Source: Fistulifera solaris
Taxonomy: Eukaryota
Direction of reading: 5' to 3'
NCBI GenBank assembly: GCA_030295235.1
Contig: AP026164.1
Location: 1,364,001 to 1,428,000 of the forward strand
Length of the DNA: 64,000 nt
The translations under genes and the position numbers were made by a program. The notes under the pieces were generated by a model that did not search any database, was not told the origin of the DNA, and saw only the letters and a list, made by a program, of their open reading frames with translations. Below, piece by piece: positions 12,335-25,185 of the stretch. Every line of letters starts with the position of its first letter. Position 1 is the first letter of the stretch.

Positions 12335-12981
12335 TTCTCTCTTTATGGTCGACTTTACTCGTCTCTGCTCATGCGGCTTGGATAAGACTAGCGATGATCA
12401 CCCGCAATAGCGAATAGGAGCGGTAAGGATAAAAATGGTACGATGAAAACTGCATGCGAAATGCGAGGTGTCCCACCTAAACCTAAAGGTCGCCTACTTT
12501 TCATTTGATACTGAAATGGGTCAGAGAACGCGGTTCTAGTCGAAGACCTCCCCAATTTTCCCGGTACTCAACCATACCAACTTGTACACTCGCGTCTCGT
12601 TTTTGTCCAACGAACAAAGGAACTTCGGAAAGCTACCAGTGCGACAATTTGCACAACACCACTTTTGCTGTCGATTGTTTTCTGTTGCATTCGATGTAAT
12701 GTTTCACTACTTCGATCAATACAACTTGTATCTGAAGTTACTCGTAGTTTTCAACTTAGCAGTGAGCTTTTACAAAGAAACGTTGTAATCGCGTCAGAGA
12801 TTTCCATTACACCGTCAATAGAAGCGAAAGTGAGATCGAATTATCATCGACCGACGGCTTCGGTTCTACAGTAACCTCCTTTCCTTCATACATCAACTCC
12901 TTCAACAATGCAAAACCATTTAAATCATCCTTATACATCTGAAGCTTTTTTGGCGCAAGAGACCGCATCCGAGTCGGGTCG

Positions 12982-13382
12982 ATGATTGCGACAGCGATGA
13001 TTCGTCCACCACCGGAAGCCCATGGCGGGCGATGAAACGACTTCGAGTAGGAGCAGGACCATCCCGTGAGGACTATCCAGAACCAGAACCTATGAGCCCA
13101 GAAATTGAACGCGTTGTCAGTCAAACGGAAAGCCACACTGAATCAGCGGCGTCCAAGGACGAAGATTACGCCAATTTTAACAAACTACTCGGTGCTCTGC
13201 ATCTCGAACGAATGAATCGTGATAGAGTGCGATCAACCTCCACTCGACCTGTCGCTGGTACTCCTGTCAAGCAGTCGAATGCGCATGTAAGCAAGGATGA
13301 TAGGATTATGATGACAACACCTGAAAAAGGGCGAATACGACGTACACAAACCAAACTAAAGACAAACTCGAAGCTGGCGTAG
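12982..13382 (+). CDS. Small hypothetical protein (one probable missing C near 13020)
   Basis: ATG 12982 reads MIATAMIRPPPEA. One added base joins it to PWRAMKRLRV...DYANFNKLLGALHLER...KLKTNSKLA*. Confidence 0.5.
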
Positions 13383-13672
13383 TGTAGTCGAGCGTGTTGA
13401 AATGAGTGTAGCCCCTTTCAGCGAATTGCTGATTTGCTTCAAAATACAGCAGTCGCTCTAAAGAAAGAACGTTCTTAATTGTAATTGTATTCTGTTGTTT
13501 TGATCGCATTTAAAACGAATTCTTCGTGCGTCGACTTTACATAATACATAATTTGTCATGACAAACAGAAATAGTTTATGTTACGGACTAGCTAAGCACC
13601 GTTTCCATAACTATTTAGTGGAAAGGAAAGATTTATATTCCATATGCATACTGCGGTGCAACGGAATATTCT

Positions 13673-14110
13673 TTATGCTCGTGCTGCTTCCTGCGAGGTA
13701 AAAGGAGAAAATAAGTTGTAAGTAAGCTTGTCGACCGAAGTTTCCGCGCTACTTCCGCCCATGTTAAAACGTATCATTTTCAACTATTGAATTTAAAGCA
13801 AAGTGTATTGCGAATCGTAACAGAGCCTATTTCCGTCTGAAACAAGAAAGTTCGCTTTCATGAACGGAGCGTAGTTCTATTCACTGCTACTACCTCAACT
13901 CACCATTTTGCGTCTCCAATTCTCCGCATCCGGATCAAAGATAAAGTTGTGTTCATTCGTGAACATAATATCAAATACAAACATGAAGGTTATCAACAGC
14001 ACGGCCGTCAACCATTGCAACCATCCCGTTGTTCCTTGCGAGTACGAGGCGAACGCAAAGAACGTCAATAAGAGGATCAACATCACTTGCAGCTTTTGAC
14101 GGAGAATCAT
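13673..14110 (-). CDS. 74-aa two-TM membrane microprotein (exons 14110-13904, 13690-13673)
   Basis: Two hydrophobic helices, then FIFDPDAENWRRKM. Donor GTGAGT at 13903 and acceptor ctcgcag at 13691 lead to a last exon EAARA*. Confidence 0.7.
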
Positions 14111-15100
14111 TGTTATTTCGTTACTTATTTCAAAGAGTAATAGAACAAGTCAAAAGGTTTGTAGGGGTCGTTATTGTCTTCGGCCTTCTCTCCTTTTCCA
14201 ACAGACAGACAAACGCAGCGCGGCCAAAACAAAAAAAGGTGCATTGCGTATCGAGTGCAAAGCGAGCAACAAAAAAAAGCGAGCGAACATGGACTGGCTC
14301 GCGTGACGAGTATAAATTTTACTTAGGAATAGTACTACTACGTAGTACCTGGAATCTCGAATGAATCGGAGACATTTTGTTGTACAGTACTGCACATCCA
14401 ATGCTGTCCCGAATCCATTTCATTCCCGAGCAACATGTGGAGGACGCCAAAGAGGGAAGAGGAGGCGAGCCCGCGACGTCGTCGTCGCGTACCTGGTACC
14501 AAGGGGTAATATCACAACAACAACAAAAATTGTTTTCGTCGTTTTTTGCGAAGCGTTTAGATCTGTTATTGTTATGGCTTAAAATACGATCTTTTAAATA
14601 TTCCACTTTGTCTAAGCATAAGCAGGAAGGAAAGCTAATCACCCGCTTCTCTTGTTTACGGTGTCATTTTGCGGACGCATTTGAGTCGTATCTTGCCTAG
14701 GCATCTGAAAGTTGAAGAACTTACTACGCAAGTTGCTGGCTTTTGGTGAGTTATTCCTGACGTGTCGCAAATTGGTTAGTTTTCCTTTCACTTTCGCAAT
14801 AGAAGCAAGAAGAATTTTTGTGAAATTATATCTTGCTTCCGCACTCGGAATCTAAACGAGAAAAGACATCACACTTCGTCTTGTCGCATGTCATTTTTCA
14901 CGACTTATTAATCTAATCTTTGCTTCCGCACCTGCAATTGTAAAGGGAACGCATTTGAAGGTCGTTGCTAATTCGTTCGTTTCTTGTACTAATATCTTGT
15001 GTTGAAAAATTTCAAGATTGTCTCTTGAGTGTCACCTTGCATTGCCAAAGGGAAAGGAAGGAGTCCGTCTCGCTAACGATTGGATACTTTCCAGCTTAAG

Positions 15101-18100
15101 ATGTCCATAAAGAGTAATTCCGCGGCTACTGGATCGGAAAAGGCCGCTGCCAAACCAGCAGCGGCTTCCAACACAACCAGCATTCAAGATAGTCTGCTGC
15201 AGTGGGCTTGGATTGGAGCATACTCCTATGCAGCTTTTATTGTTCTGAGGGCCGCTTATACCATACGTTTAGGAGCAATTGAATCATACGGGATTGTGAT
15301 TCACGAATTTGACCCTCAGTTTAATTACAGATGCGCCGAGGTAAGTCGCAGCTTATCCATATTCCAATTTGATGCTTATAATGGCGATGTCGACGATCTA
15401 TCGTGATCTCGTTGCCTGGAGCCCGACTTATCGCTTTTCGTGTGCGCATAGGTGCCTGTGTTGGTTTTTCGGGTTGTATCCGCTTGAAATTCAGTTCGTG
15501 ATTTCTCACCCTTTCCTATTTAGTATCTTTATGAGAACGGTGCACAGCGCTTCTTCAAATGGTTTGATCATACGGTGTGGTATCCGCTTGGGCGACCTGT
15601 AGGGACCACGACCTATCCTGGAATGCAATTCACGGCTGTTTGGATCAAAAACCATGTAGCAAAAGCCATGCCTCTATATGACATTTGTGTTTACATTCCT
15701 GTTTGGTTTGGAGTGATTGCTACTCTTGTCACCGGTATGATTGCGTACGAGGCCTCTTTGCCGGTAAACTCCTCAAAAAGTGCTGTCGACTTTCTTTTTG
15801 ATTTAATTACCGGAACGAAGTCACCGCCTAAAGTTCCGGCGAATGCAAGTTGGGCCCCGTCTTCTCCCGCTCTGGAGTGCGCCGTCTTTACCATGGCGAT
15901 GATGTCCATTCTGCCAGCACACCTCATGAGAAGTATGGGTGGTGGCTTTGATAATGAATCCGTGGCAATGACGGCGATGGTCAGTACCTTTTATTTTTGG
16001 ATGAGGAGTTTGCGAGCTAACGATTCTAGATCCCATTGGTTTGGCATTGCAACGGCTGTCGCCTATTTTTACATGGTTGCGACCTGGGGAGGCTACGTGT
16101 TTGTTTTAAATATGATTGGTGTTCACGCTGCAGCGTTGGTTTTCAGTGGACGATTTGACGACAAAGTATACATGGCATACACTTTGTTTTACAGCATTGG
16201 AACTTTTCTCGCCATGCAGGTACCCGTAGTTGGATGGACACCACTCAAGTCTCTTGAGCAGCTTGGACCTCTTGCCATCTTTGGCCTCTATCAAGTTCTT
16301 TTCGTTGCAGATCGTTTGGCTGCTGCAAAGAACTTAAATCAGTTTCAAAAAAACGTGTTCCGTGCAAAATTGGTATGCGCGAGCGCGACCGTGGCAGTAG
16401 CGTTGGCCTTAGCTTTAGCGCCCTCGGGTTACTTTGGTCCTCTCAGTTCTCGTGTTCGAGGTTTATTTGTTAAGCACACCAAGACGGGAAATCCACTGGT
16501 AGATTCAGTAGCAGAGCATCAGCAGGTTCGTCCCACTTCGCCATTCGGCATCGCAACCATGCTTAGCTTGTGCTCACTCGTTTCCCTTTCCTGCTACAGG
16601 CATCGGCAAGTGAAACTCAAGCAAGATAAGTCACGGTAATCTTTCGTTTCACTCATATTTGTTCGCTTTCCTTTCGCAGAGTCGTGCTTACTTCCAGTAT
16701 CTACATCACGTATGTACCTTTGCGCCCATCGGCTATCTATTCGTTGCCGCTGTTGGATTGTCCGATTCTAGCTCTTTCTTGATTGTATGGGGAACCGCAG
16801 CTTATTTTTTCAGTCACAAAATGGTGCGATTGATCTTGTTGACTGCCCCTATCGGATCGACCTTGGGCGGAATCGCTGCAGGAAGAATCTTTGCTTGGTG
16901 TCTCAGGCAATGGTGGGACGATCAACCCACCGGGAGCACGAAAAATGACCAGCAAGAAGAAGAAATCAATGCGAAAATAGGGAAAAGGAAAAAAGTCCAA
17001 AAAAGCTGGAGCCACGGCTAGCTCCGGTAGTAGCTTTGATGGTATTCTGTCATTGCAACAAGCTTTCCACTCCGCAATAAAGACAAAAGAAGGCACGGTT
17101 GCTTTGCGCACTGTATCAGCTGTTGTGCTTATTCTGGGTTTCATGATCGGCAGCAGCTTCACTAGATACTGTTGGCTGTTGAGATGGGATCTTTCCAGTC
17201 CAAGCATTATTGCAAAAGTGAGGACACGCGATGGCAATATTATCACAGTTGATGATTATCGCGAAGCATATTGGTGGCTTCGCGACAATACACCCGAGGA
17301 CGCTCGAGTGATGGCGTGGTGGGACTATGGTTATCAAATTTCAGCCATTGCAAATCGGACTACAATTGCCGATGGCAATACATGGAATCACGAGCATATC
17401 GCACTTCTTGGAAAAACATTGACAACCGATCTCGATGAGGGTTGGAGTATTGCACGTCACCTTGCTGATTACCTTCTATTATGGGGGAGGCGGTGGTGGC
17501 GATGACTTGGCAAAAAGCCCACACCTGGCTCGAATTGCTAATTCTGTTTACCGTGATCATTGTCCTGACGACCCAACCTGTCGTGTCTTCGGTTTTCTCG
17601 ATCGCGAGGGGGACTCCGTCAGCCATGATGGGTCGCAGTTTGCTTTATCGACTTCATAGCCACAAACTGAAGCCGGGTGTCGAAGCACCTGCTGATAAGT
17701 TCGAGGAAGTGTATCGATCAAAGTATGGAAAGGTTCGTATTTATAAAATATTAGGAGTCGATGAAGAGTCCAAAAAATGGGTCAGAGAAAACTACCAGTG
17801 CGATGCCCCTGGCTCATGGTTTTGTCCCGGTCAGTATCCTCCGGGGTTGAGCGAGATTCTGTCAAAAAGAAAGACTTTTCTCAGCTCGAAGACTTCAATA
17901 AGCGCCGACAGTCGGGCGATGACGATGAATACACTAAGAAATATTTTGAGGACCTTCATGACCCAAACAAAGCTAAGCAAAAAGTTTTGGAGAAAGAAAG
18001 AAGAATGAAGTTTGAGGCTGCTGCAGCAATGAAAGATGGATCTAGCCGTAGCCCCGCAGAAGAAGCCGATTATCAAGAACTGATTAAGAAGGTGTACAAC

Positions 18101-18385
18101 ACTTGGGATGATACGGATGACACTACCCGCATGTGGCAATTGATCAGTTCGAACAATGTCGTTGAACTCAAGGCTTGGTTGGACGTTGAACCACACAAAG
18201 CATTTATTCGGAGCAAAGATGGTCGAGGACCCATGTTCTGGGCTTTTGAACAAAGAAACGAGGAAATTACTAAACTCTTGATGAAGGCAGGGGTACCACA
18301 TACGGATCGCGACTCGCTAGGAATGACACCTGGCGAGTTGCTGGAGGGAGAAACCGACGCGTGGTCAATAATCGTCATTACGTAG
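15101..18385 (+). CDS. STT3: Oligosaccharyltransferase catalytic subunit STT3 (Leishmania/Trypanosoma-like) with C-terminal ankyrin-like extension; introns 15341-15523, 16526-16599, 16606-16679; several frameshift errors
   Basis: IHEFDPQFNYR, WYPLGRPVGTT, GGFDNE, SVAEHQ, AWWDYGYQI, DGNTWNHEHIA, DDLAKSPHLARIANSVY and CDAPGSWFCPGQYPP motifs. The tail contains DGRGPMFWAFE...LLMKAGV...DSLGMTP. Confidence 0.95.
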
Positions 18386-18446
18386 GAAAAGTTACCACAT
18401 TTTCTAGTATGATATTTTGTTCTGGTCGGTCTGGAACGACCATACT

Positions 18447-20700
18447 TTACCAAATATCCACTCTGGTCTCGTTTTCGCGATACATAGGCGAGCCAGGGCC
18501 AGCCGAGAAAGCATCATGGAAATCCGACATATTCTGCAGTGGTCCATTGCACCGCAATTCGTTAGGTCCATGGGGATCCAATGTCAATAGTTGAAGAGAT
18601 CGCTCCTCAGTTATATTCTGTCTCCAGCACTGAGCCCAGGCAAGGAAGAACCGTTGAACTGGGGTAAATCCATCAATCTGAGAAGAAGGCTCAAAATCTG
18701 GTTGGGACTTCAAGGCTCGAAGTGCAAGACGAAGCCCACCAAGATCGGCTATATTCTCACCGCTCGTCAATTTGCCCTGGACAGGCTTTCCATGAACGTG
18801 AAACTCACTCGCTTGGTCGACCATTACTTTGACTCTCTTCTCGTACTCAGCACCATCTTCCTCAGTCCACCAATCGAGCAACTCGCCTTCAAAATTATAT
18901 TTACGACCCTTATCATCGAAAGCGTGGGTCATTTCGTGCCCAACAACTGCACCCATGGCCCCGAAATTGATGCTGTCGTCAGCGTTGCTATCGAAAAAGG
19001 AGGCTGCAGGATTGCGGCCGGGAAAACAATCTCGTTCAAGGATGGGTGATAATCTGCAATAAATTAAAACGATTAGTTAGACTAGATAAATCTTCTCCCC
19101 GTATTCGATTCAATCATTACTCACAAGCATTCACAGTTTGGGGTGTCATGAACTACGAGAATAAGAAGGAATGCGAGTGAGGAACGGTGTCAATACATGT
19201 CGAGAGCTACCAAAGCAAAACTTACCCATTTTTCTCTATCCGTCGGAGCATTTATCTCATCAACTTCTCGGGCGTGTTCAAAGGCACGAGATTGGAAAAT
19301 CATTGTCATCAAATCATCGCGTTCAGTGATTTTCAGTTTTGTGTAATCAATCCATTTATTCGGGTACCCTATTTTCACGTGAAAACGAGACATTTTCTTC
19401 AAAGCCTGCTCTCTCGTCGTTGCCGATTTCATCCATTCGACTTCATTGAGGCGTGCTTCTAGCGCTTGGCGAACGGCTTCAACGATTTTCAGAGCCTGGA
19501 TCTTACTGCTTTCATCAAAATATCGCTTACAGTATATCTGCCCCAAAGCCTCGCCCAAAGCCTTTTCTGTAAACGCCATGGCTCTTTTCCAGCGGGGCTT
19601 CATTTCTTGCGTCCCGGACAGAGTCTTTTCAAAAAGTTGAAATTCTCCTGAACGAACGTCGAGCTTAAGTAGGGGGCACAAGACGTAATCGTATGCCACT
19701 TGAGGTACGACTCAACAATTTCAGGACTGGTTGTCACCGCCAAATCACCAACACAAAGAAGTGCCGCAACGTTTCGAACGTTAATACTACCCAGACCAGC
19801 TGCTGGCTTACCGGTAGATCCTTCCAGATACGAGCCAAAATCGAGCACCATGCCCCCAGCTTTCTCTTGTGCACCTTCCGTGAGTTGGGTGATGGTCATT
19901 TTGTTGTAGGTAGCGTCCGGATCGCGATTCTCCGTGCGTGTCATGTGTGCATGAGCGATCTTTCGTTCCAACTCCGCCACGAGTTCCGCTGCGTGAAGCG
20001 AGGCTTCGGTTGAATCGGTAGCAGACGGGTCCTCGAGTAGCGTCAACATGAGAGCAATATGCTTTTGGTAGGCATCCCGCTTGTCTTGCTTGTCTTCATC
20101 AAAGTAATAATCCCGATCGGGCAAACCCAATCCACCTTGACTCAAATTGCATAACGTGTGACTAGCATTTTTAGCGTCGGGACTTGCACTTGTGTTAAAG
20201 AAAGGATAAATTCCGTACTTTGCCGGAAAGATACCCAACAACTTCGAGTATGCGGCAATGTCGCCGTTTCGCAGCGCAGCTACCGCGGCTTGAATCATCT
20301 GCATCGCCGGCTCCAGCGGTTGTACTCCTAAGGCTTCAATTTTTGCTTCATCCATGGCAGCTGTGTAAAAGACAGATAACTTTCTTGCATTCTCATCGTC
20401 ATGTCGTTCCTTTTGCTTTAAATCTTGAAGAAGATCTTTGCAACGTTCTTGTGAAGTGGTGTGCAATGCTAGGAAAGTATTCCATGCCGGATATTCTGGT
20501 GGAATGGGATTCTTCTCCATCCAGCCGCCATTGGCGTAGCGATAGAAGTTGACCGTCGGATCGACCGATAGATCCATGTTACTCCGCGACAATCCTTTGC
20601 CGGTCTCACAGACGCCGCAAAAAAGAGCGAAATCTCCCGTAGTAGACCAGGGATTGTTGCAGCAAGGGCATTTCAAGGGGTGCTCGGTACTCAAGGACAT
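18447..20700 (-). CDS. M13 zinc metallopeptidase (neprilysin/PepO-like); introns 19225-19153 and 19124-19054; frameshift errors near 19635 and 18995
   Basis: NFYRYANGGW, GGLGLPDRDYY, KIGYP, W|FMTPQTVNAY|YHPSLNEIVFPAAILQPPF, GHEMTHAFDD (HExxH) and GENIADLGG motifs. Confidence 0.93.
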
Positions 20701-21816
20701 GATCTTGTAATGTTCTGCTTTAAAGATACGTGGTATTTGCTTACTTTTCGACCAACTTGACTATAAATGAGAAAACGAAAGATGGTGCAGGAAACGTCGT
20801 TAAAATTCTGTGTCGTGGACGCTACGTTGAATCTTGTACAAGGTACTTGTACAGGAGGCTGAATGATACCTGGTAACGTTCATTCCAGGCAAAAATTTTA
20901 AACCCTATCCTTGTAAGAATCGCCGGCTTTCTCAACGACTGTAGAATCAAAGTGGAGTATCAACAGAACCACGATTGCATTCCAAATAAATGGCCTACGG
21001 CCTCTCCCTACAAGAGAACCGAATCCCTAAAATACAAGATAGAGAAACAAATTGATCTAGTGGATAGTGGATGATATCCAATATCCACCGAACAACGAAC
21101 ACCAAAACCGCTACCTCTACCTGGTCACTGGTCACTGGTGACTGGTGAGCAAGGGTGCTCCTGTCTGATTCAGACACGACCTGGGACCACCGATCGTCTC
21201 AAAGACCCTCATCTACGGCGCTGAACGCCAAGATCGACCAACCACCTTATCGAACCTCGCCCCTCCAGTTTCGTCAACCCGAGATTAACCATCGGTGCTA
21301 CTCAGACGGTCGATTCAGTCATGAATTTTTATTCTTCCGAGCCAGCCGCTGTCATTGAAGGTCCGTTCATTCTGCTAGGTTGGTAGCCACAATGGACTAT
21401 AGTAACGAAGTGTCTCCCTGTAGATCCAAGTGTGTGCGGGATGTAACCGCGACTGATTTCCGGTCATGAATCAAATATTATGATGTATTGAGTACCGCTC
21501 AGTCATCTCGTTTCAACGGTTGAAAGCATGGCGACGAGTACTACCAGTACGTATGTAACGCGTGCTTGTGCCAGTTGACACGAAAACAGTACACCACCGA
21601 TTACTAAACAACTAAAGTCCCCCTTCATTGTCGTCATCTTTGACAATGGTGGCGATCCCTTTGATCCAAAATATCAGCGCCAGCCTTCAAAAGAGATATT
21701 GCTTTGTTCGTCTTCGTGTTTTGTTATCCGTTGGTCGCTAGTTCCGATTATAAACACGAATAATATTGGGCAGCATCGGTCTTGCTCCTATCACGCACTC
21801 CTTTCCGCACAAAATC

Positions 21817-24800
21817 ATGGTGGTTCCTACTTCTTCGGATCAAAACAACAAATTAGACGGTGATTTTAGTAATTCTTCTTCGCAATCATCTCAGAATGAA
21901 GCTACCGAGGACACAAAACTATCCAAACTCGTTCAGAATCGAAAACTCGCGCTCGAACAAGCCGACTCGGTCCTCGACGCGGTGGGCGGCGATCCGTATC
22001 TCGACGGCTTCAATTTACTCGGTGTCGTAGCCAATCCTCGTGGTACTGCGGCATCGCTCATGTCCACTAGTTTTCACGGAAGATATACACCGAGTGCCGG
22101 AACGAACGAGAATATAACTATCGGAGGTGATGTCTTTACCGCGGCCTACAACTCTCTCGAGACGACTCTCACGTCCGTCACGGGGCAAATGGAAGTTTTG
22201 AATCTCATGTTGGAAGACTGGTCACGCCAAATATTAGAGGATGATACCGATGCACATGCGGATGGGATACCGGAGGCGCAGTTGCGCGAACTGCCCCCGA
22301 GATGCAGAATCTCAATTTACAGTCACTGCAAAATTATCTGGAGCGATGTGGAGTCGCGGCACATGCATTTCAAAAAATTCTCTTGACCAGAAAACAGGAG
22401 AGATATCATTTGGAAGAGGGAAAACCGTACAGTCAAGAGGGAGACACGGACGATGAAGCTTCATCGAGTGCATGGCAAGAGATACCCGAGATCTTCTACC
22501 AAGAAGAGTTCGATTTGACGGATCCGGAAACATTTCGAAAGTTACTCATTGCTGTAGAGGACGAATCTGTAGCTTACGAAACAGGAAATGAGAGCAAATA
22601 TGATACTACCCCCGTCTCAGACTGGTTTCCGCTTCTGGATCCCGATTCCTTCGGTTCGTCTTTGGATCGTGTGGAATTGGCACTTTTGCAACAAGTTCGA
22701 TCCAAATCATCGTCGTTCTTTGAGGAGAGCTTAAGATTTGCCAAACTGCAAGAATGGATTGAATCGTTACTGGTTGATATTGGCAGCCTTCAAATATCTG
22801 CGCAGTTCATTCAAGAAGACTTTCTAGATCCAATGGATATAGTACCATGTGCAGATCAGCAACGGATGGATTTACGGCGATTGTCGGTTGTACTTGACCG
22901 CATTGATGAAATTTTACGCAACCGAGACGCTATATCTGGGACAATATCTGATCAAGAAGACCTTTTGGCAATTGAACAAATCAACTTTAGTCGTAAACTT
23001 ATGGCTGGCAGCTTGCCTGGTCAAAGTAATGGAATCGCAGCTGGTGATGAAAATGACACGAATACAGAATTTTTATCTCTGACCCGAGTTACTGCTCTCA
23101 AAGCAGTTGCCGATGATTTGAACCAGTATGAACAACTGGTCGTGAGCAACTTGAGTGAAGAACTTCTTGAATTATTTATTGGATGGAATTCAGGTACTGG
23201 CTCGTCTGTTTACTCCATAAATGGAAGCAGCAACGGGAAAGCTTCACAGAATGTAAAAGAGCGAGCCCTTGAAATTATTAATGCACTGCAGAATTGTGAT
23301 GAAGGCTTAAAGAAAACAATATCCGCCTACAGCAACCGTCTTCAAGATATGATCCGAATGACTGTTCGCACTATGGTTTCTGAATTCGCTTCAGACGGCA
23401 CTTCAGCATCGTCTGGAACAGCCACACTTTCATTGTCGACAGGGGCAACGGCCATGAGCTTTCAAAGTTTCTTGAACTGCTTGGACATGCTCTTTGAGCG
23501 TTTGCTGGAATTGCTGACATCCATTTCTGGTGTCAATGCATTTTGCATAGAAAATGGAATCTCTAACACGGGTTTCACTAACGATACAAAGGCGCAAGGA
23601 ATGAATGGATCTCAGCACGCAAGCGCTGAACAACCAGATACATCATCGCCTCTGGAAGAAGTACTTGCAGCTGCGACGGAACTGTGTTCAAAATCTGTTT
23701 CAGAGCTTTTACGCATTCGCAAAGAAGCTCACTCTTTGATTTCACTTGACGAGATGAAACTAATGTGGGATGCGTGTCAACAATTTACGTTACGAATCGA
23801 AGGCATGAGCGGTCATGGTTCTGCATTAAGAAGTACTCTTTTGGCACAAGCAAAAGCTTTCGTCGAACGCAAGCACGAAAGTAACATGTCCGCCTTAGCC
23901 GCTGCTTTGGATTCCGAAAAGTGGACTCAATGTGAAGTTAGCAGCGAGCGACAGGAAGCTCTAACTCGACTATGCACGGGGCGGTCCGTCGTCACGACAC
24001 CCAAGAAAAAACAACCCATTGTCGACAATCGTAAATGATGCTCCAACCAAAAACCCTGAAGTAGAAGTTGAAGGAAAAAAGTACAAAATCGTTTGGTCGT
24101 GTCTCTTGCTAGTCGAGATGATTACTACTAATATCGCTGCAGCAACTCATTTTTCCAACCTATCGTCCGGGATTGTGGGAAAAGTGGCAGATCTGTTGCG
24201 TCTTTTCAACTCAAGAACAACTCACCTTGTCTTGGGGGCCGGTGCCATGAATTCAAATGCGAAGTTAAAATCAATCAACGCAAGGCATTTGTCATTGGTG
24301 ACGCATTGCGTGGGATTTATCATCTCTCTTCTTCCGCACATTAGGGCCGCGCTGATGGCGCATATGCCAAAAAAACAACACACGTTACTGAATGACTTAG
24401 ATCAGATCAAGAAAGAGTTTGTCGAGCACAATGAAAATGTTTTGAACAAGTTTGTCAGCATCCTGGGCGGAATTGTCGAAAACAACCTTTCCAAAACTGT
24501 GGCTGGCACTGACTTTGACGCGAGAGGATTGGAGCCTGTTTCCGAGCCATTGACATGTTGCGTCTTTCTGGATGGTGTTTCAATGAACACAAAGCGAATG
24601 CACCAAGTTCTGGCAGCGTTCCTCTCACCTGATCATTTAAGGGACGTCTTCGCCCGCATTTTCGCCTACATTGACACAAAAGTGCCCTCGCTATTGATAA
24701 GTGCGTCAGAAAGCGAGGACCAAAAATTTTCGTTTCCTAGCACAGACGAAGGGAAGAGTCGATTGCTTTTGGAAGTGCAGACAATGATTGATGTGCTTAA

Positions 24801-25185
24801 CAGACTGGACGGAGTGCTACCCTGGGAGTTCACTGCAGTTAAAGAGCTCGGACGACAAATGGAGTATCGGTTCAAGAACGGGGAAGATAACGAGCTGAAT
24901 TCAGTTCCTTTGCCTGAACAACCGACACTTGCAGCGAGTAGCCCACAAGCACTGACCCTCGAGGCTACGAATGCAAATAATGACCTTGACGAAGATGAGA
25001 ATCTTAAAGCATCGATCGACGCAGAAGAAAAGCCTCCAAGCAGAGTTGGTGAAGCCAAGGAATCCGTCGAGCCAACTGAAGATCCAATTGAGCATCCCGT
25101 GATGACCAGTTCGTCTCAAGAGGAATTAGCCGAATCATCATTGGCAAGATCGCCGGAAGAACCCACACCGACTGAACAGACATGA
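21817..25185 (+). CDS. VPS54: GARP complex subunit VPS54 (frameshift errors near 22300 and 24010)
   Basis: IPEIFYQEEFDL, LDRVELALLQQVRSKSSSFF, LDSEKWTQCEV and the C-terminal Vps54 domain LRLFNSRTTHLVLGAGAM...LKSINARHLSL. Confidence 0.88.
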
